A DNA stretch of 64,000 nt. Origin: Candidatus Nitrosotenuis sp. Its GTDB lineage: Archaea > Thermoproteota > Nitrososphaeria > Nitrososphaerales > Nitrosopumilaceae. The notes beneath the pieces are model-generated. The model had not been told where the DNA came from, did no database searches, and was given only the letters and a program-made list of their open reading frames with translations. The first letter of the stretch is position 1. Each line of letters begins with the position of its first letter. Shown in pieces: positions 9,583 to 20,107 of this stretch. The DNA lies in assembly GCA_052387615.1 (NCBI GenBank), contig JBQTIZ010000003.1:7817-71816 (forward strand). The letters are read 5' to 3'. Position numbers and translations under genes: made by a program.

Positions 9583-10968
9583 CTATCGTTCCTTGTAGTA
9601 TTGATCAATAAACTTGTCTTTGACTTTGGTTAGCTCATTCTTTGGTAATAATGAGACTACCTTCCATTGGAGTCCCAAAGTTTCCTCAATGGTTCTATTT
9701 TCGTCAACGCCTTGGGTCAAAAACTCTTTTTCAAATCCATCTCCTACTTCAAGATATTTCAGATCAACTCCGGTAAGGCCTGCCTTTCCTACAATTCCTG
9801 CAAGTGCTCTTACTTCTTGCGATCTAGAATAAGCATCATAGTTTTGATTAGAAATTTCTTGATGGTCTGCTCTTGTTCTTCCCTCGCCAATTCCGTCCTT
9901 CATGATTCTGGAGAGACTCATCAAAATGTTGACTGGTGGATAGACTCCTTGTCTGAACAAGTCACGCCCAAGTACAATTTGGCCTTCTGTAATGTATCCA
10001 GTAAGATCTGGAATTGGATGAGTGATATCGTCTGATGGCATGGTCAAAATTGGCATCTGAGTTACGCTTCCTTTTTTGTCCCGTAGTCTTCCTGCTCGCT
10101 CATAAATAGTGGAAAGATCAGTGTACAGATATCCTGGATATCCTTTTCTTCCGGGCACTTCTTCTCTTGCTGCACTGATCTCTCTTAGTGCTTCTGCATA
10201 GTTTGTCATATCAGTAAGAATTACCAGTACATGCATGCCAAGATCATATGCCAAGTATTCAGCAGCAGTTAGTGCTACTCGAGGTGTGATGATTCTTTCA
10301 ATTGCAGGATCATCTGCTAGATTCAAAAATAGAACACTTCGCTTTAATGCGCCAGATTCCTCAAGACTTCTTTTGAAATATTCTGCTTCAGAAAATTGCA
10401 CGCCGATTGCTGCAAAAACTACTGCAAACTCATCGGATGTTCCAACCACTGCAGCTTGTCTTGCAATTTGTGCTGCCAAAATGTTGTGCGACATGCCAGA
10501 ACCGGAGAAAATTGGAAGCTTTTGGCCTCTAACTAGGGTTAACATTCCATCAATTACAGAAACACCAGTTTGTATGAAGTCTCTTGGATATTCTCTTTGT
10601 TCTGGATTCATTGGCTCGCCGTTAATATCGATAAATTTTTCAGCGATTGGATCTGGTAATCCATCAATTGGTCTTCCTAGGCCATCAAAGACTCTGCCCA
10701 AGAGTTGTTCTGATACTGGCATTTCCATGACTTTGCCTACAAATTTTGCGCTGGTTCCAGAAATTGAGAGGCCTGTTGTTCCTTCAAAGACTTGAACTAT
10801 TGCTTTTCTGTTTCCTACCTCGAGAACCTTGCCTAGTCTTCTCTGCCCATCAGTCGTCTGAATTTCAACTAGCTCATCAAATGCAACACTTTCTACTCCA
10901 TCAACAATAACAAGTGGTCCTTTGATCTCCGCAATTTTGGAATACTGGACTCCACCTTGTGCACTCAT
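9583..10968 (-). CDS. atpB: A-type ATP synthase subunit B
   Basis: 461-aa non-catalytic alpha/beta-family subunit. 4-nt overlap with atpA. Confidence 0.95.
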   Translation of the reverse strand: MSAQGGVQYSKIAEIKGPLVIVDGVESVAFDELVEIQTTDGQRRLGKVLEVGNRKAIVQVFEGTTGLSISGTSAKFVGKVMEMPVSEQLLGRVFDGLGRPIDGLPDPIAEKFIDINGEPMNPEQREYPRDFIQTGVSVIDGMLTLVRGQKLPIFSGSGMSHNILAAQIARQAAVVGTSDEFAVVFAAIGVQFSEAEYFKRSLEESGALKRSVLFLNLADDPAIERIITPRVALTAAEYLAYDLGMHVLVILTDMTNYAEALREISAAREEVPGRKGYPGYLYTDLSTIYERAGRLRDKKGSVTQMPILTMPSDDITHPIPDLTGYITEGQIVLGRDLFRQGVYPPVNILMSLSRIMKDGIGEGRTRADHQEISNQNYDAYSRSQEVRALAGIVGKAGLTGVDLKYLEVGDGFEKEFLTQGVDENRTIEETLGLQWKVVSLLPKNELTKVKDKFIDQYYKER

Positions 10969-12737
10969 GCTGTAATCTTGACTCCGGATATCTTTTTGAA
11001 TTCTGAATCAATCGTGCCAGTTAGTGCATCAAGTTTTGCAAGTTCTTCTTCTTTGACTTCCATTCTTGCTTTGAGTAACGTTGCAATTACCGGCATTGCT
11101 CTAATGTCTGCAAGTGATGTACCTTCTCTTAGTGCTGCTTGGCCTTTTCTGTAGAAATCAACTAGTAATGTCAAAAGTTTGAATTGTTTTTGTGGACTGC
11201 AGTAGGTATCAACATCATCAAAAGAATTTTGCTGCAAGATTCCAATTTTGATCATTCTTGCAACTTCCAAGATTAGTTTTTCTTCGTCTGGCAGTGCTTC
11301 AGGTCCCAGCAGTCTGACAATTTCTTTTAGTGTGTCCTCTCTTTGTAAAATTCCATATGCTTCCTGTCTGAGCTCAAACCAGTCCTTTGACACATTGTCT
11401 CCCCACCATTTTCCAATGTCTGCTAGATAGCCAGAATAGCTGTTCATCCAATTAATTGATGGGTAGTGACGAGAGTACGCAAGTTTTGCATCTAGTGCCC
11501 AAAAGGTTTTGATAAATCTCATGGTGTGTGTTGTGACGGGTTCTGTAAAGTCTCCACCTGATGGAGATACTGCACCAATTAGTGTTACAGAGCCATCTCT
11601 GTCTGGTGAGCCTTGTGCTCTAACACGTCCTGCTCTTTCGTAAAATTCTGCCAATCTTGATGCTAGATACGATGGATAGCCTTCTTCTGCTGGCATTTCT
11701 TCTAGTCTTCCGCTCATTTCACGAAGCGCCTCCGCCCATCTTGATGTAGAGTCTGCTACAAGGACTACGTCTTTGCCCATGTCTCGATAATATTCTGCAA
11801 TGGTTACACCGGTGTAGATGCTTGCTTCTCTTGCAGCTACTGGCATGTTACTTGTATTTGCAACAAGAACGGTTCTGTCCATGAGTGGCTTGCCAGTTCT
11901 TGGGTCTTTGAGGTGTGGGAATTCTACTAGTACTTCGGTCATTTCGTTTCCGCGCTCTCCACATCCAATGTATACGACAACCTGAGAGTCTGCCCACTTT
12001 GCGATTTGGTGCAGAGTTACTGTCTTTCCAGTTCCAAATGCTCCAGGGATTGATCCTGTTCCGCCTTTGGCAATTGGGAAAAATGTGTCAATGACTCGTT
12101 GTCCTGTGAGTAATGGAATGGTTGGATCATATCTTGATTTGTATGGTCTTGGCTTTCTTACTGGCCAATAATGATACATCTTGATTGGGATCTTGCTTTC
12201 TGCTGTAGTAGCAAGTTCTGTTTCAAGATCATAAGTGCCTTCACTAACAATTTTTGTAATTTTTCCTCCTGCATGATCTGGTGGAACCATTATACCATGT
12301 TCAATCAAATCGGTTTCCTGGACTGAACCAATAATGCTTCCTGATTGAACTATATCACCAACTTTGACCTTTGGTGTGAATTTGTATTTCTTTGTCATAT
12401 CTACTGGCGTAGTGGTGATTCCTCTGCCAATGAAAGATCCAGATTTTGCTGCTAGGTCTTTTAGCGGTCTTTGAATTCCATCATAAATTTGCCCGATAAT
12501 TCCTGGACCAAGCAAGACACTTAGTGGATTTCCAGTGCCGACCACTGGTTCGCCTGGCTTGAGTCCGCTAGTTGATTCGTAAACTTGGATAAATGCGACA
12601 TCGCCTGTGAGACGAATTACTTCTCCGATGAGTTTTGCATCGCCGACAGCAACCGTTTCGTACATTTTTGCATCAGACATTCCGTCTGCCCTTACTGCCG
12701 GACCGCTAACCCAAACAATTCTACCCTTTGCAACCAT
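10965..12737 (-). CDS. atpA: A-type ATP synthase catalytic subunit A
   Basis: 590 aa with Walker A 'GAFGTGKTV' and the A-subunit-specific non-homologous insert length. Confidence 0.95.
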   Translation of the reverse strand: MVAKGRIVWVSGPAVRADGMSDAKMYETVAVGDAKLIGEVIRLTGDVAFIQVYESTSGLKPGEPVVGTGNPLSVLLGPGIIGQIYDGIQRPLKDLAAKSGSFIGRGITTTPVDMTKKYKFTPKVKVGDIVQSGSIIGSVQETDLIEHGIMVPPDHAGGKITKIVSEGTYDLETELATTAESKIPIKMYHYWPVRKPRPYKSRYDPTIPLLTGQRVIDTFFPIAKGGTGSIPGAFGTGKTVTLHQIAKWADSQVVVYIGCGERGNEMTEVLVEFPHLKDPRTGKPLMDRTVLVANTSNMPVAAREASIYTGVTIAEYYRDMGKDVVLVADSTSRWAEALREMSGRLEEMPAEEGYPSYLASRLAEFYERAGRVRAQGSPDRDGSVTLIGAVSPSGGDFTEPVTTHTMRFIKTFWALDAKLAYSRHYPSINWMNSYSGYLADIGKWWGDNVSKDWFELRQEAYGILQREDTLKEIVRLLGPEALPDEEKLILEVARMIKIGILQQNSFDDVDTYCSPQKQFKLLTLLVDFYRKGQAALREGTSLADIRAMPVIATLLKARMEVKEEELAKLDALTGTIDSEFKKISGVKITA

Positions 12738-12742
12738 ACCTT

Positions 12743-13336
12743 TTACCTTCCGAATTTTGATGCGATGTCTTTCCTTATTAAAGGCTTCAGGCGTTCAAGT
12801 CTTGCATCAATGGTGTTATCAAATGTCATGGTACCATCCTTTGATTGTACTTTGATTCCCCCAAGACAATCAATCACTTCAGATGAAAGTGTGGCTCCCT
12901 TGAATTTTGAAAGTAATGACTCTACTACTGACTTGTCCTTTGAGTTAGTTTGAATTACAATTTCAGATGTGCCTATAGTGTCAATGGATTCTTGTAGTAA
13001 TGCGGAGATTAATTTTGAATAATCCTTGTTGCGATCAGATTCTTGGATTTTTTTGATCGCTTTTTGGAATACATGCTCTATTGATTCCTCCACAAGCAAA
13101 AGTTGCTTGTTTCTTGATTCCAGATCGGCATTGCCAACGATTTGCTTTTCTAGCTTTTCTGATTCTTTTTTGCCTTCAGCCAATATTTTGTCATATTCTT
13201 GCTCTAAGGCAACTTGTGAGTTTGAAAGTGTGGCTTGTGATGATTTTAGTGCTTCTTTGAGGCTAGATATGGTCTGATCTTGTGTGTTTTGAAGAATTTT
13301 TTCTACAGTTTGCTCTAGTGCAGAATCAATACCCAT
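12743..13336 (-). CDS. atpE: A-type ATP synthase subunit E
   Basis: 197 aa with a long N-terminal coiled coil and a globular C-terminus '[25 protein letters not shown]', typical of subunit E. Confidence 0.75.
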   Translation of the reverse strand: MGIDSALEQTVEKILQNTQDQTISSLKEALKSSQATLSNSQVALEQEYDKILAEGKKESEKLEKQIVGNADLESRNKQLLLVEESIEHVFQKAIKKIQESDRNKDYSKLISALLQESIDTIGTSEIVIQTNSKDKSVVESLLSKFKGATLSSEVIDCLGGIKVQSKDGTMTFDNTIDARLERLKPLIRKDIASKFGR

Positions 13337-13412
13337 TGATCTGGCTCCAATCAGCTAATGAATTTTAATGTTTGGAAAGATTTTAAAATCGTCCCAAAAA
13401 TTGTAAAATGAC

Positions 13413-15506
13413 TTGGTAGTAGCTGAACTAAAACTTGGCAGTATTATCTTACCTAGATCAGAATCGCCGCAAGCGGTTTCTCGTCTTGCGGAATTTGAGT
13501 GGTTTCACAAGATAGAAACAGAAAACGACATAGTTACACCAGAAATAGATGATCTTCTATTGCGTGCACAAAAAACATACCAGTCAGTTGACGATATCAT
13601 AAAGGGCTTGCAGATGCCGCTACAAGTAGGAATCATGGAAATCCTCTTCAAGGGAACCATGATCAAAAAGAAGCAGTACGAGCTTGACGAAATTGAGATA
13701 ATGGTTTCTGACTTGGAAAAAAAAGCGCCTGCCATAATTGACAAGCCAGCAAAACTACTTGAAGAAGAAACGACAACTAAGAGATCTATTGATGAGTATT
13801 CTACACTAAAAGAAACACTAGATGTTGTAAAGAAACTCAATGTGGATCTTAGCGGGTTTGGATTTATGAAATATTTTTACACGAATCTTTTTGTGGTGGA
13901 CTCTAACAAGTTTACAGAGATTACTCGCTCGCTTGAAGGAGTTACAATTTACAAATACGACCTTCAAGCCAAGGACAAAATAGCGTTAATTGTGGTTACG
14001 CTATCTAGTGATTCCGACAAAGTTTTGAAAGTATTTCGCGCATTTGACTCTAATCCATTTGTCATACCACAGGAATTACCTCAGGTGCCAATACAAGCAT
14101 ATTCACTAATAGAATCAAAGCTTTCCGAACTGACAAAAAAACTAGAATTACTTGAAAAAGAAATTGCCAAGACAAAGCAGACACTCCGACGCGATATTTT
14201 GGCATTACATGAAAGTGTATTTGTTGCAAAAGAAGTTCTCGAGATGCTCCGCAAGCCTGGTGGAACAAAATTGTTTGCTGTGATTCAAGGATATATTCCC
14301 AAAAATATGGATTCAAAATTCAAGAGTGTAACAAAACAATGGATGTCTGTTACAGAAGACATTTCGAATCCAAAACTAATCCAAAACAAGCCAACGCTTT
14401 TTGAGAACAAGAGATTTGTGAGAACATTTGAAGTCATTACCCAGAGTCAGGGAATTCCAAAACGTGGTGAAGCAGATCCCACCCCAATGATTGCTCTGAT
14501 GTGGCCAATATTTTATGGATTGATGTTTGCGGATTTAGGTCATGGTCTTTTGCTCATGGGATTTGGATTATTATTCAAGATGAAAGGTCAGGGGAACCTT
14601 TCAAGGTGGGGAATGCTAATTGCAATTTCTGGAGCATCTGCTGCAATAGCAGGAGTTGGAGCAGGTGAAGTATTTGGTTTCCACATAGATCATTTAGCTC
14701 CATTTGAAGAAATACTTGAAGGCCCACTGGCACCAGTATCATGGCTTGTTGGAGTGATTAGTGTAGCAGAACTAACATTTGAGCAAGTAATCACAATACT
14801 CAAGGTTTCACTATTCTTGGGAATCATTCACTTGGTTTGGGCATTTATTCTTCGAATTAAAAAACTCAGAAAGGAAGGCCACTCCCAAATGATAATGACC
14901 GAAGCGATCCCGAACCTTACCCTGTATGGCGGAATTGTTGTAATCATGATGTGCGCAATTGGTTCTAGCTATGATGTGATGAATATGTATTCCAGAGTGC
15001 ACGATGAGGTAGTTCCATGGGTCACAGTATTTTTGGGCGATTGGGCAAGGGTTTGGATAGTTACAAGAATTGCAGGAGTCATTGTCTTGGGCTCAATGGC
15101 AACAATGATGGTAGGAGGAATTTTACACACGAAGCATCACCCAGAAGAAGGAGGTAGTGTTGCAAACATCGTAATGGAAGTTCTCTTGGGAAAATCAGTG
15201 GAATGTCTTGCACATACAATTAGCTATGCACGACTTGGAATCATGCTGCTTGTACATGCTGCACTACTAATGACAGTAAACAATTCGTTTGCATCTATGG
15301 GAGGATGGTCATCACCAGCTGGAATAGCAATGATTGTTGGTGGAAATTTGGGAATCATGATGATTGAAGGATTAATCGTATACATCCAGTCCCTCAGACT
15401 TCACCTGTACGAGTTCTTTACAAAGTGGTATGATGGTGGATCGCAGCCATTCAGGCAAGTTGTACCTGAGTTATTGTACAACCAACTAATCTGGAAGAAA
15501 AAGTAA
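13413..15506 (+). CDS. atpI: A-type ATP synthase subunit I (a)
   Basis: 697 aa with a soluble N-terminal half and a multi-TM C-terminal half carrying the essential Arg in 'ISYARLGIMLL'. Divergent from atpE. Confidence 0.85.
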   Translation: MVVAELKLGSIILPRSESPQAVSRLAEFEWFHKIETENDIVTPEIDDLLLRAQKTYQSVDDIIKGLQMPLQVGIMEILFKGTMIKKKQYELDEIEIMVSDLEKKAPAIIDKPAKLLEEETTTKRSIDEYSTLKETLDVVKKLNVDLSGFGFMKYFYTNLFVVDSNKFTEITRSLEGVTIYKYDLQAKDKIALIVVTLSSDSDKVLKVFRAFDSNPFVIPQELPQVPIQAYSLIESKLSELTKKLELLEKEIAKTKQTLRRDILALHESVFVAKEVLEMLRKPGGTKLFAVIQGYIPKNMDSKFKSVTKQWMSVTEDISNPKLIQNKPTLFENKRFVRTFEVITQSQGIPKRGEADPTPMIALMWPIFYGLMFADLGHGLLLMGFGLLFKMKGQGNLSRWGMLIAISGASAAIAGVGAGEVFGFHIDHLAPFEEILEGPLAPVSWLVGVISVAELTFEQVITILKVSLFLGIIHLVWAFILRIKKLRKEGHSQMIMTEAIPNLTLYGGIVVIMMCAIGSSYDVMNMYSRVHDEVVPWVTVFLGDWARVWIVTRIAGVIVLGSMATMMVGGILHTKHHPEEGGSVANIVMEVLLGKSVECLAHTISYARLGIMLLVHAALLMTVNNSFASMGGWSSPAGIAMIVGGNLGIMMIEGLIVYIQSLRLHLYEFFTKWYDGGSQPFRQVVPELLYNQLIWKKK

Positions 15507-16280
15507 TTACTCTACTGGTAACTCAGTTCTGTTTGACCATTCTCCCCAGGAACCAAGATAGACTCTGATATTCTCAAAGCCAAGTTTTCTTAGGGCTAGA
15601 AATGAGTTTGCTGCTCGGTATGCACCTTGACAATATGTGATGATCTGTGAGTCTTTTGGAATTTTGTATAGCTCTGATAATTGTTCTTTGTCCTTGATTG
15701 TTCCATTCTCCGATATATTGAGTAGATAATCCACGTTGATTGCATTTGGGATGTGGCCACGTCTTGCGCCGCGTATTATATAACCAGAAAATTCTTCTTT
15801 TGATCTTGCATCGATTAGAATTGCTTGGTTTAGATTTTTATTCACAAAATCATAATCTGCTATGATTTGCGGGTTTGGGTTGCCGTCGAAGTTTCTTGGC
15901 GTAAATCCATTTGTTTTTGTTTCGAGTGAGAATCCATCTGACTGCCATTTTTTAATTCCACCATCAAGCATGAAGACGTTTTGGTGTGAGAAGTACATCA
16001 ACATCCAGACTCCACGAGCAGCAAGCATTCCAGAGACATCGTCATAAAATACAACCTTATTTTTCAGAGTAATTCCCACAAAGGAGATAATCTTTTTTGT
16101 TTGTTCATTAAAAACTTCAAGGCCGTGTTTTGAAGTATCAAACCAATGATATGCAAACAAGTCCAAATTTACTGCGCCGGGAATATGCCCCTGTGAATAT
16201 TCCTTGTAAGAACGTGCATCGATTAGAATCAGATTTTGAGTTTGAAGCTCTTTTGCAAGATCTGCAGTCGATATTAGCAT
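15507..16280 (-). CDS. Tandem-rhodanese sulfurtransferase
   Basis: 257 aa with two rhodanese repeats ('LIDARS...GHIPGA' twice) and the active-site loop 'YCQGAYRAA'. Confidence 0.8.
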   Translation of the reverse strand: MLISTADLAKELQTQNLILIDARSYKEYSQGHIPGAVNLDLFAYHWFDTSKHGLEVFNEQTKKIISFVGITLKNKVVFYDDVSGMLAARGVWMLMYFSHQNVFMLDGGIKKWQSDGFSLETKTNGFTPRNFDGNPNPQIIADYDFVNKNLNQAILIDARSKEEFSGYIIRGARRGHIPNAINVDYLLNISENGTIKDKEQLSELYKIPKDSQIITYCQGAYRAANSFLALRKLGFENIRVYLGSWGEWSNRTELPVE

Positions 16281-16350
16281 TGACTCGGATAAATCTAATA
16301 TCCATTAAATCTATTTTGAAACAAAAGGAAAAGAGGGGGTTTTTGAGTTT

Positions 16351-17922
16351 TTACTCGTTTACGTATGCTCTTTCGCCGTGTTGGGCTAAGTCTAATCCGA
16401 TTTCTTCCTCTTTTGGAGTGACTCGGATTCCGCCTGGCCATACTGCATCCATTACTTTGAGGATGACAATAGTTACGCCAAACGCATAGCCTGACGATAT
16501 TAGAGCGCCCATTATGTTGATAGCTTGTTGCTCATAGCCTTCTGGTGTTCCAGTCCATGCGCCAATTCCAAAACCTGTATCCCAAATGTGTGGGCTTGCA
16601 AGTGTACCTGTTAGAACTGCGCCTGTGAAACCGCCCATTCCGTGTACTCCCCAAACGTCGAGTGCGTCGTCCCATTTACGAGAGTTCTTGAATGAAACAG
16701 CTCCATAACAAACTGTTCCTGCTGCAATACCAATGATCAATGCTGCCATTGGTCCAACGAAACCGGATGCTGGAGTGATAGTGACTAATCCTGCAACTGC
16801 ACCTGATGCTGCACCAACAATACTTGGCTTACCCGTATGGGCCCAAGCCATTAACATCCATGTTAGTGCTGCCATAGCTGTTGCGGTGTTTGTTACAACC
16901 CATGCTGATGTTGCAACGCCGTCTGCTGCAAGTTCACTTCCTGCATTGAATCCAAACCAGCCAAACCAGAGCATACTTGTTCCAAGAATAACCATTGGAA
17001 TATTGTGTGGTTCCATTGGAACCTTGCCATATCCAAGTCTTCTTCCTAAAACTAGGGCTCCAGCCAAAGCTGAGAATCCAGAGGTAATGTGAACTACAGT
17101 ACCGCCCGCAAAGTCAAGTGCTGCCGCCGGCGCCAGATCAGGATTGAGGTCTAATTTTCCTGCGAATATGAAACCTCCGCCCCAGACCCAGTGTGCTACT
17201 GGATCATAGACAAAGGTTGCCCACAGTAAGATAAAGACTACAAATGCGCTGAACTTTATTCTGTCAATTATACCGCCTATGATTAGTGCTGGAGTGATGA
17301 TTGCGAAAGTTGCTTGGAACATTGCAAATAGCTGATGTGGAATTGTTCCAGGCCAAATTGCGCTACACTTTACTTCCTCACTTACAACATATGGCGACCT
17401 CAGAGTATAGTAAACTTGATCAGTACACGCTGCTGGTGTACCAAGTGGAGCTACATGAGACACGTGGTTGAATCCAGCATAGTCTAATGAACCCATATAC
17501 AAGTTTGCATCAGAGCTCACTGGGCCAAATGCTAACGAGTATCCCCATAACACCCATTGTACTGAGATTAGACCCATTACAACCAATGTCATGCCAAGTA
17601 CGTTTACCATGTTCTTTGATCTTGCCAAGCCACCGTAGAAAAATGCAACACCTGGTGTCATGAATAGAACCAATGATGTTGCAGTTAGTATCCAAGCGGT
17701 GTCACCGTTGTCGATCATGCATGGCGCATACGAGCCAGAACCGGGTGCTGTTTCATACCAGCATTCTGCTGGATTACCAGTATCAATTCCGGTACCACTT
17801 TGTACGTATCCATTCATGCCGTCGGTTACTTGTTGTGCATAAGCCGTAGACAGAACGCCTGTCGATGTTGCGGCAACTGCTATCACAAGTAATAGAGCAT
17901 ACTTGTGATTCCTGTTCTTCAT
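16351..17922 (-). CDS. amt: Ammonium transporter (Amt family)
   Basis: 523 aa, about 11 TM segments, signature 'DFAGGTVVHITSG', plus an N-terminal signal-like segment. Confidence 0.95.
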   Translation of the reverse strand: MKNRNHKYALLLVIAVAATSTGVLSTAYAQQVTDGMNGYVQSGTGIDTGNPAECWYETAPGSGSYAPCMIDNGDTAWILTATSLVLFMTPGVAFFYGGLARSKNMVNVLGMTLVVMGLISVQWVLWGYSLAFGPVSSDANLYMGSLDYAGFNHVSHVAPLGTPAACTDQVYYTLRSPYVVSEEVKCSAIWPGTIPHQLFAMFQATFAIITPALIIGGIIDRIKFSAFVVFILLWATFVYDPVAHWVWGGGFIFAGKLDLNPDLAPAAALDFAGGTVVHITSGFSALAGALVLGRRLGYGKVPMEPHNIPMVILGTSMLWFGWFGFNAGSELAADGVATSAWVVTNTATAMAALTWMLMAWAHTGKPSIVGAASGAVAGLVTITPASGFVGPMAALIIGIAAGTVCYGAVSFKNSRKWDDALDVWGVHGMGGFTGAVLTGTLASPHIWDTGFGIGAWTGTPEGYEQQAINIMGALISSGYAFGVTIVILKVMDAVWPGGIRVTPKEEEIGLDLAQHGERAYVNE

Positions 17923-17940
17923 TGTAGGTTTGCAACGATG

Positions 17941-18016
17941 AAAATTATTTAAGCATAGAGAAGTTTAAGGCAGAAAAGATGTAAATTGTTAAATAGACTG
18001 ATTTTAAGATAATATC
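17941..18016. promoter_or_regulatory. Divergent promoter region with two TATA-like boxes
   Basis: 'GCTTAAATAATTTT' (minus strand, 17941-17954) is centred about 26 nt from the amt ATG. 'ATTTTAAGATAATATC' (18001-18016) lies about 25 nt from the 18033 ATG. Both fit leaderless archaeal transcripts. Pattern match only. Confidence 0.25.
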
Positions 18017-18032
18017 ATAAAAGTAAGAAACT

Positions 18033-18704
18033 ATGTTATGGAGGATAGGTATGGAACCAAAACTTGCAATATTTGAAACATTCAAGACAAAAAAGGAAGA
18101 ACTTACGGGAGAAGCAACTAGACAGCGTTCAATCATAATAACACTTGCAACCGAGAACAATCCCATACAAATGACGCGAACCGCAATAGCACAAAGGATT
18201 GCACAGGAAAATGGAACCGTTTGGAAGAACATCTATTCTGGCATATTTCGCGATCTTGATGAGATTTTGATCCCACTTGGCATAGTTGAGGAGGCGGGTC
18301 GCTTGCCACTCAGACGTGGTCCAAGGGCACTACAGGAAAAAGGCATTCCATTTTATCAGCTAACGCAGCGAGGATTTTTGGCCTCTATTTCCCTTGATGA
18401 AATAATTGGACGAGAAAAAATTCTCGAAAAGTTTTTTGTTGAATCTAAAATAGATAAAGAATTCAGTGAACAGATCCGCACGCTAACAAAATTTGCACCG
18501 AGATTTGTCTATTCTTTGTTTAAGAGCTATGTCAAGGCATATTGCGATGGCAAGTTTTCTGATCTTTTGCCCTTTGAGAAGACTAGATTCATTGCAGTCT
18601 CCGATGAGGCAATTCTTATTCAGAAGGAATTCTTGGAATCGTTCATCGGCATGCCAAAACAAGAAAAGGAAAAAACGCATACTTTTCTAAAAGAAATAGG
18701 CTAA
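18033..18704 (+). CDS. Hypothetical protein with probable N-terminal winged-helix DNA-binding domain
   Basis: 223 aa. The segment 'MTRTAIAQRIAQENGTVWKNIYSGIFRDLDEILIPLGIVEE' looks wHTH-like. Divergent from amt. Confidence 0.4.
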   Translation: MLWRIGMEPKLAIFETFKTKKEELTGEATRQRSIIITLATENNPIQMTRTAIAQRIAQENGTVWKNIYSGIFRDLDEILIPLGIVEEAGRLPLRRGPRALQEKGIPFYQLTQRGFLASISLDEIIGREKILEKFFVESKIDKEFSEQIRTLTKFAPRFVYSLFKSYVKAYCDGKFSDLLPFEKTRFIAVSDEAILIQKEFLESFIGMPKQEKEKTHTFLKEIG

Positions 18705-18765
18705 TCAATAAATTTTACAAAAACAGTCCCAAACATTAAAATCCATTGTACTGGGGGGCGGAAAT

Positions 18766-19815
18766 ATGGGCTCTGGAGGATCACAAAAGGTCTTTGCATC
18801 AGTAAAATCATATTCACAGAGAGGAAGGCTTCTCACAAAGACCGAACTTCAGACATTGGCAGAATCAAGGGATCTTGATGAACTCATCACAAGAATAAAG
18901 AACACAAAATATGCCGATGCGGTATCCAAAGTCACCAAACCACTTACTGCAGGCAAAATTGAATCGGCTCTACGAAGCAAGCTCGCAGAAATTCACTACT
19001 CCATTGCTAAGACTGCCGGAAACTCTGATATTTTAGATGCGTATTACCTGAAATTTTTGATCTCGAATCTAAAGATCATACTAAAGGGAAAAGCACTTGG
19101 GAAAACCCAGGAGGAAATAGAGCCACACCTGAACTTGCATGCGGAGGAGCTCATCAAACAGCGAGATGTAATAGTTAAAGCACTGACTGCAAAGAACCTC
19201 GAGGAGGCAGTGACAAGCCTAAGCTCAATTGAGTTTGGCGAAGAAATGGCAAAGGCTGTGGCACTATACAATGACAAAAAGAATGTGCAGATTTTCGATG
19301 TGTTTCTTGACAAGATTTTGTATCAACAACTTGGCCGCGCAATGCGAAGCGCGGGAGAAAGAGAGGTAACGAAACTTGTTGGCATGGACATTGACTTTTA
19401 CAACATCATGTCAATTTTGAGGGGAAAGTTTTGGGATCTTGACGAGGATCAGATTCAAAGCCTAATTGTAACTCAAACACCAAGCATTCCAAGGGACCTG
19501 CTTGGAAAAATGATTTCATCAGATTCTGTGCAAAGCGTACTTGACGAGCTTGTATCAACTCGTTACAAGGACTTGATACCGCAAGCAGAAGACAGTCTGG
19601 ATGTAATATCACAGTTTGAGCGCACATTTGAGATGGCAACTTACAAGGCAGTGAATAGATCGTTTACCAAAATGTTCAGCTTTGGTACAGTTGTTGGAAT
19701 TACAAAACTTACTACCTATGAAGTAAGAAACATCGCCGCCATTGCATTTGCAGTAGAGCAGAAGATTTCACCGCAAATAACAATGTCTCGTCTCATAACA
19801 GATCAAGAAGAATAG
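18766..19815 (+). CDS. atpC: A-type ATP synthase subunit C (d)
   Basis: 349 aa, all-helical. The N-terminal region 'RGRLLTKTELQTLAESRDLDELITRIKNTKYAD' is typical of V/A-ATPase subunit C. Unlinked from the main atp string. Confidence 0.8.
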   Translation: MGSGGSQKVFASVKSYSQRGRLLTKTELQTLAESRDLDELITRIKNTKYADAVSKVTKPLTAGKIESALRSKLAEIHYSIAKTAGNSDILDAYYLKFLISNLKIILKGKALGKTQEEIEPHLNLHAEELIKQRDVIVKALTAKNLEEAVTSLSSIEFGEEMAKAVALYNDKKNVQIFDVFLDKILYQQLGRAMRSAGEREVTKLVGMDIDFYNIMSILRGKFWDLDEDQIQSLIVTQTPSIPRDLLGKMISSDSVQSVLDELVSTRYKDLIPQAEDSLDVISQFERTFEMATYKAVNRSFTKMFSFGTVVGITKLTTYEVRNIAAIAFAVEQKISPQITMSRLITDQEE

Positions 19816-19856
19816 CTTTCAATCTATATATGGAATAGGGAGAGTCAAAATCAATA

Positions 19857-20093
19857 ATGATAAGGCTTCACAAAAAAGAATCAAAGATTACAACAGATAT
19901 ACTTGTCAATACAGTTTGGGTTAGCACCTTTTTGGCGTTAATTTTGACAATTCCTGCACTAGGAGTGTTTTTGGGAATTTACTTTACCACTGGGAATTTA
20001 GTAATTGGGGCAGTGATTGGATTTGGGTTGCATTTCGTCACATTAGCGTTTTCTGAAAGAATTTCAAAAACTCTAACGAGGCTTCTTAGCTAA
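19857..20093 (+). CDS. Small membrane protein (2 TM)
   Basis: 78 aa with two hydrophobic helices. Follows atpC. Confidence 0.4.
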   Translation: MIRLHKKESKITTDILVNTVWVSTFLALILTIPALGVFLGIYFTTGNLVIGAVIGFGLHFVTLAFSERISKTLTRLLS

Positions 20094-20107
20094 ATGGTGA
20101 TCATACC

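Noticed and set aside
15507-16280. Rhodanese next to the ATPase and amt genes considered as part of a novel sulfur/ammonium-linked module.
   Set aside because: The genes are convergent or independent with their own intergenic regions, and nothing in the sequence links them functionally. The adjacency is probably just conserved core synteny.
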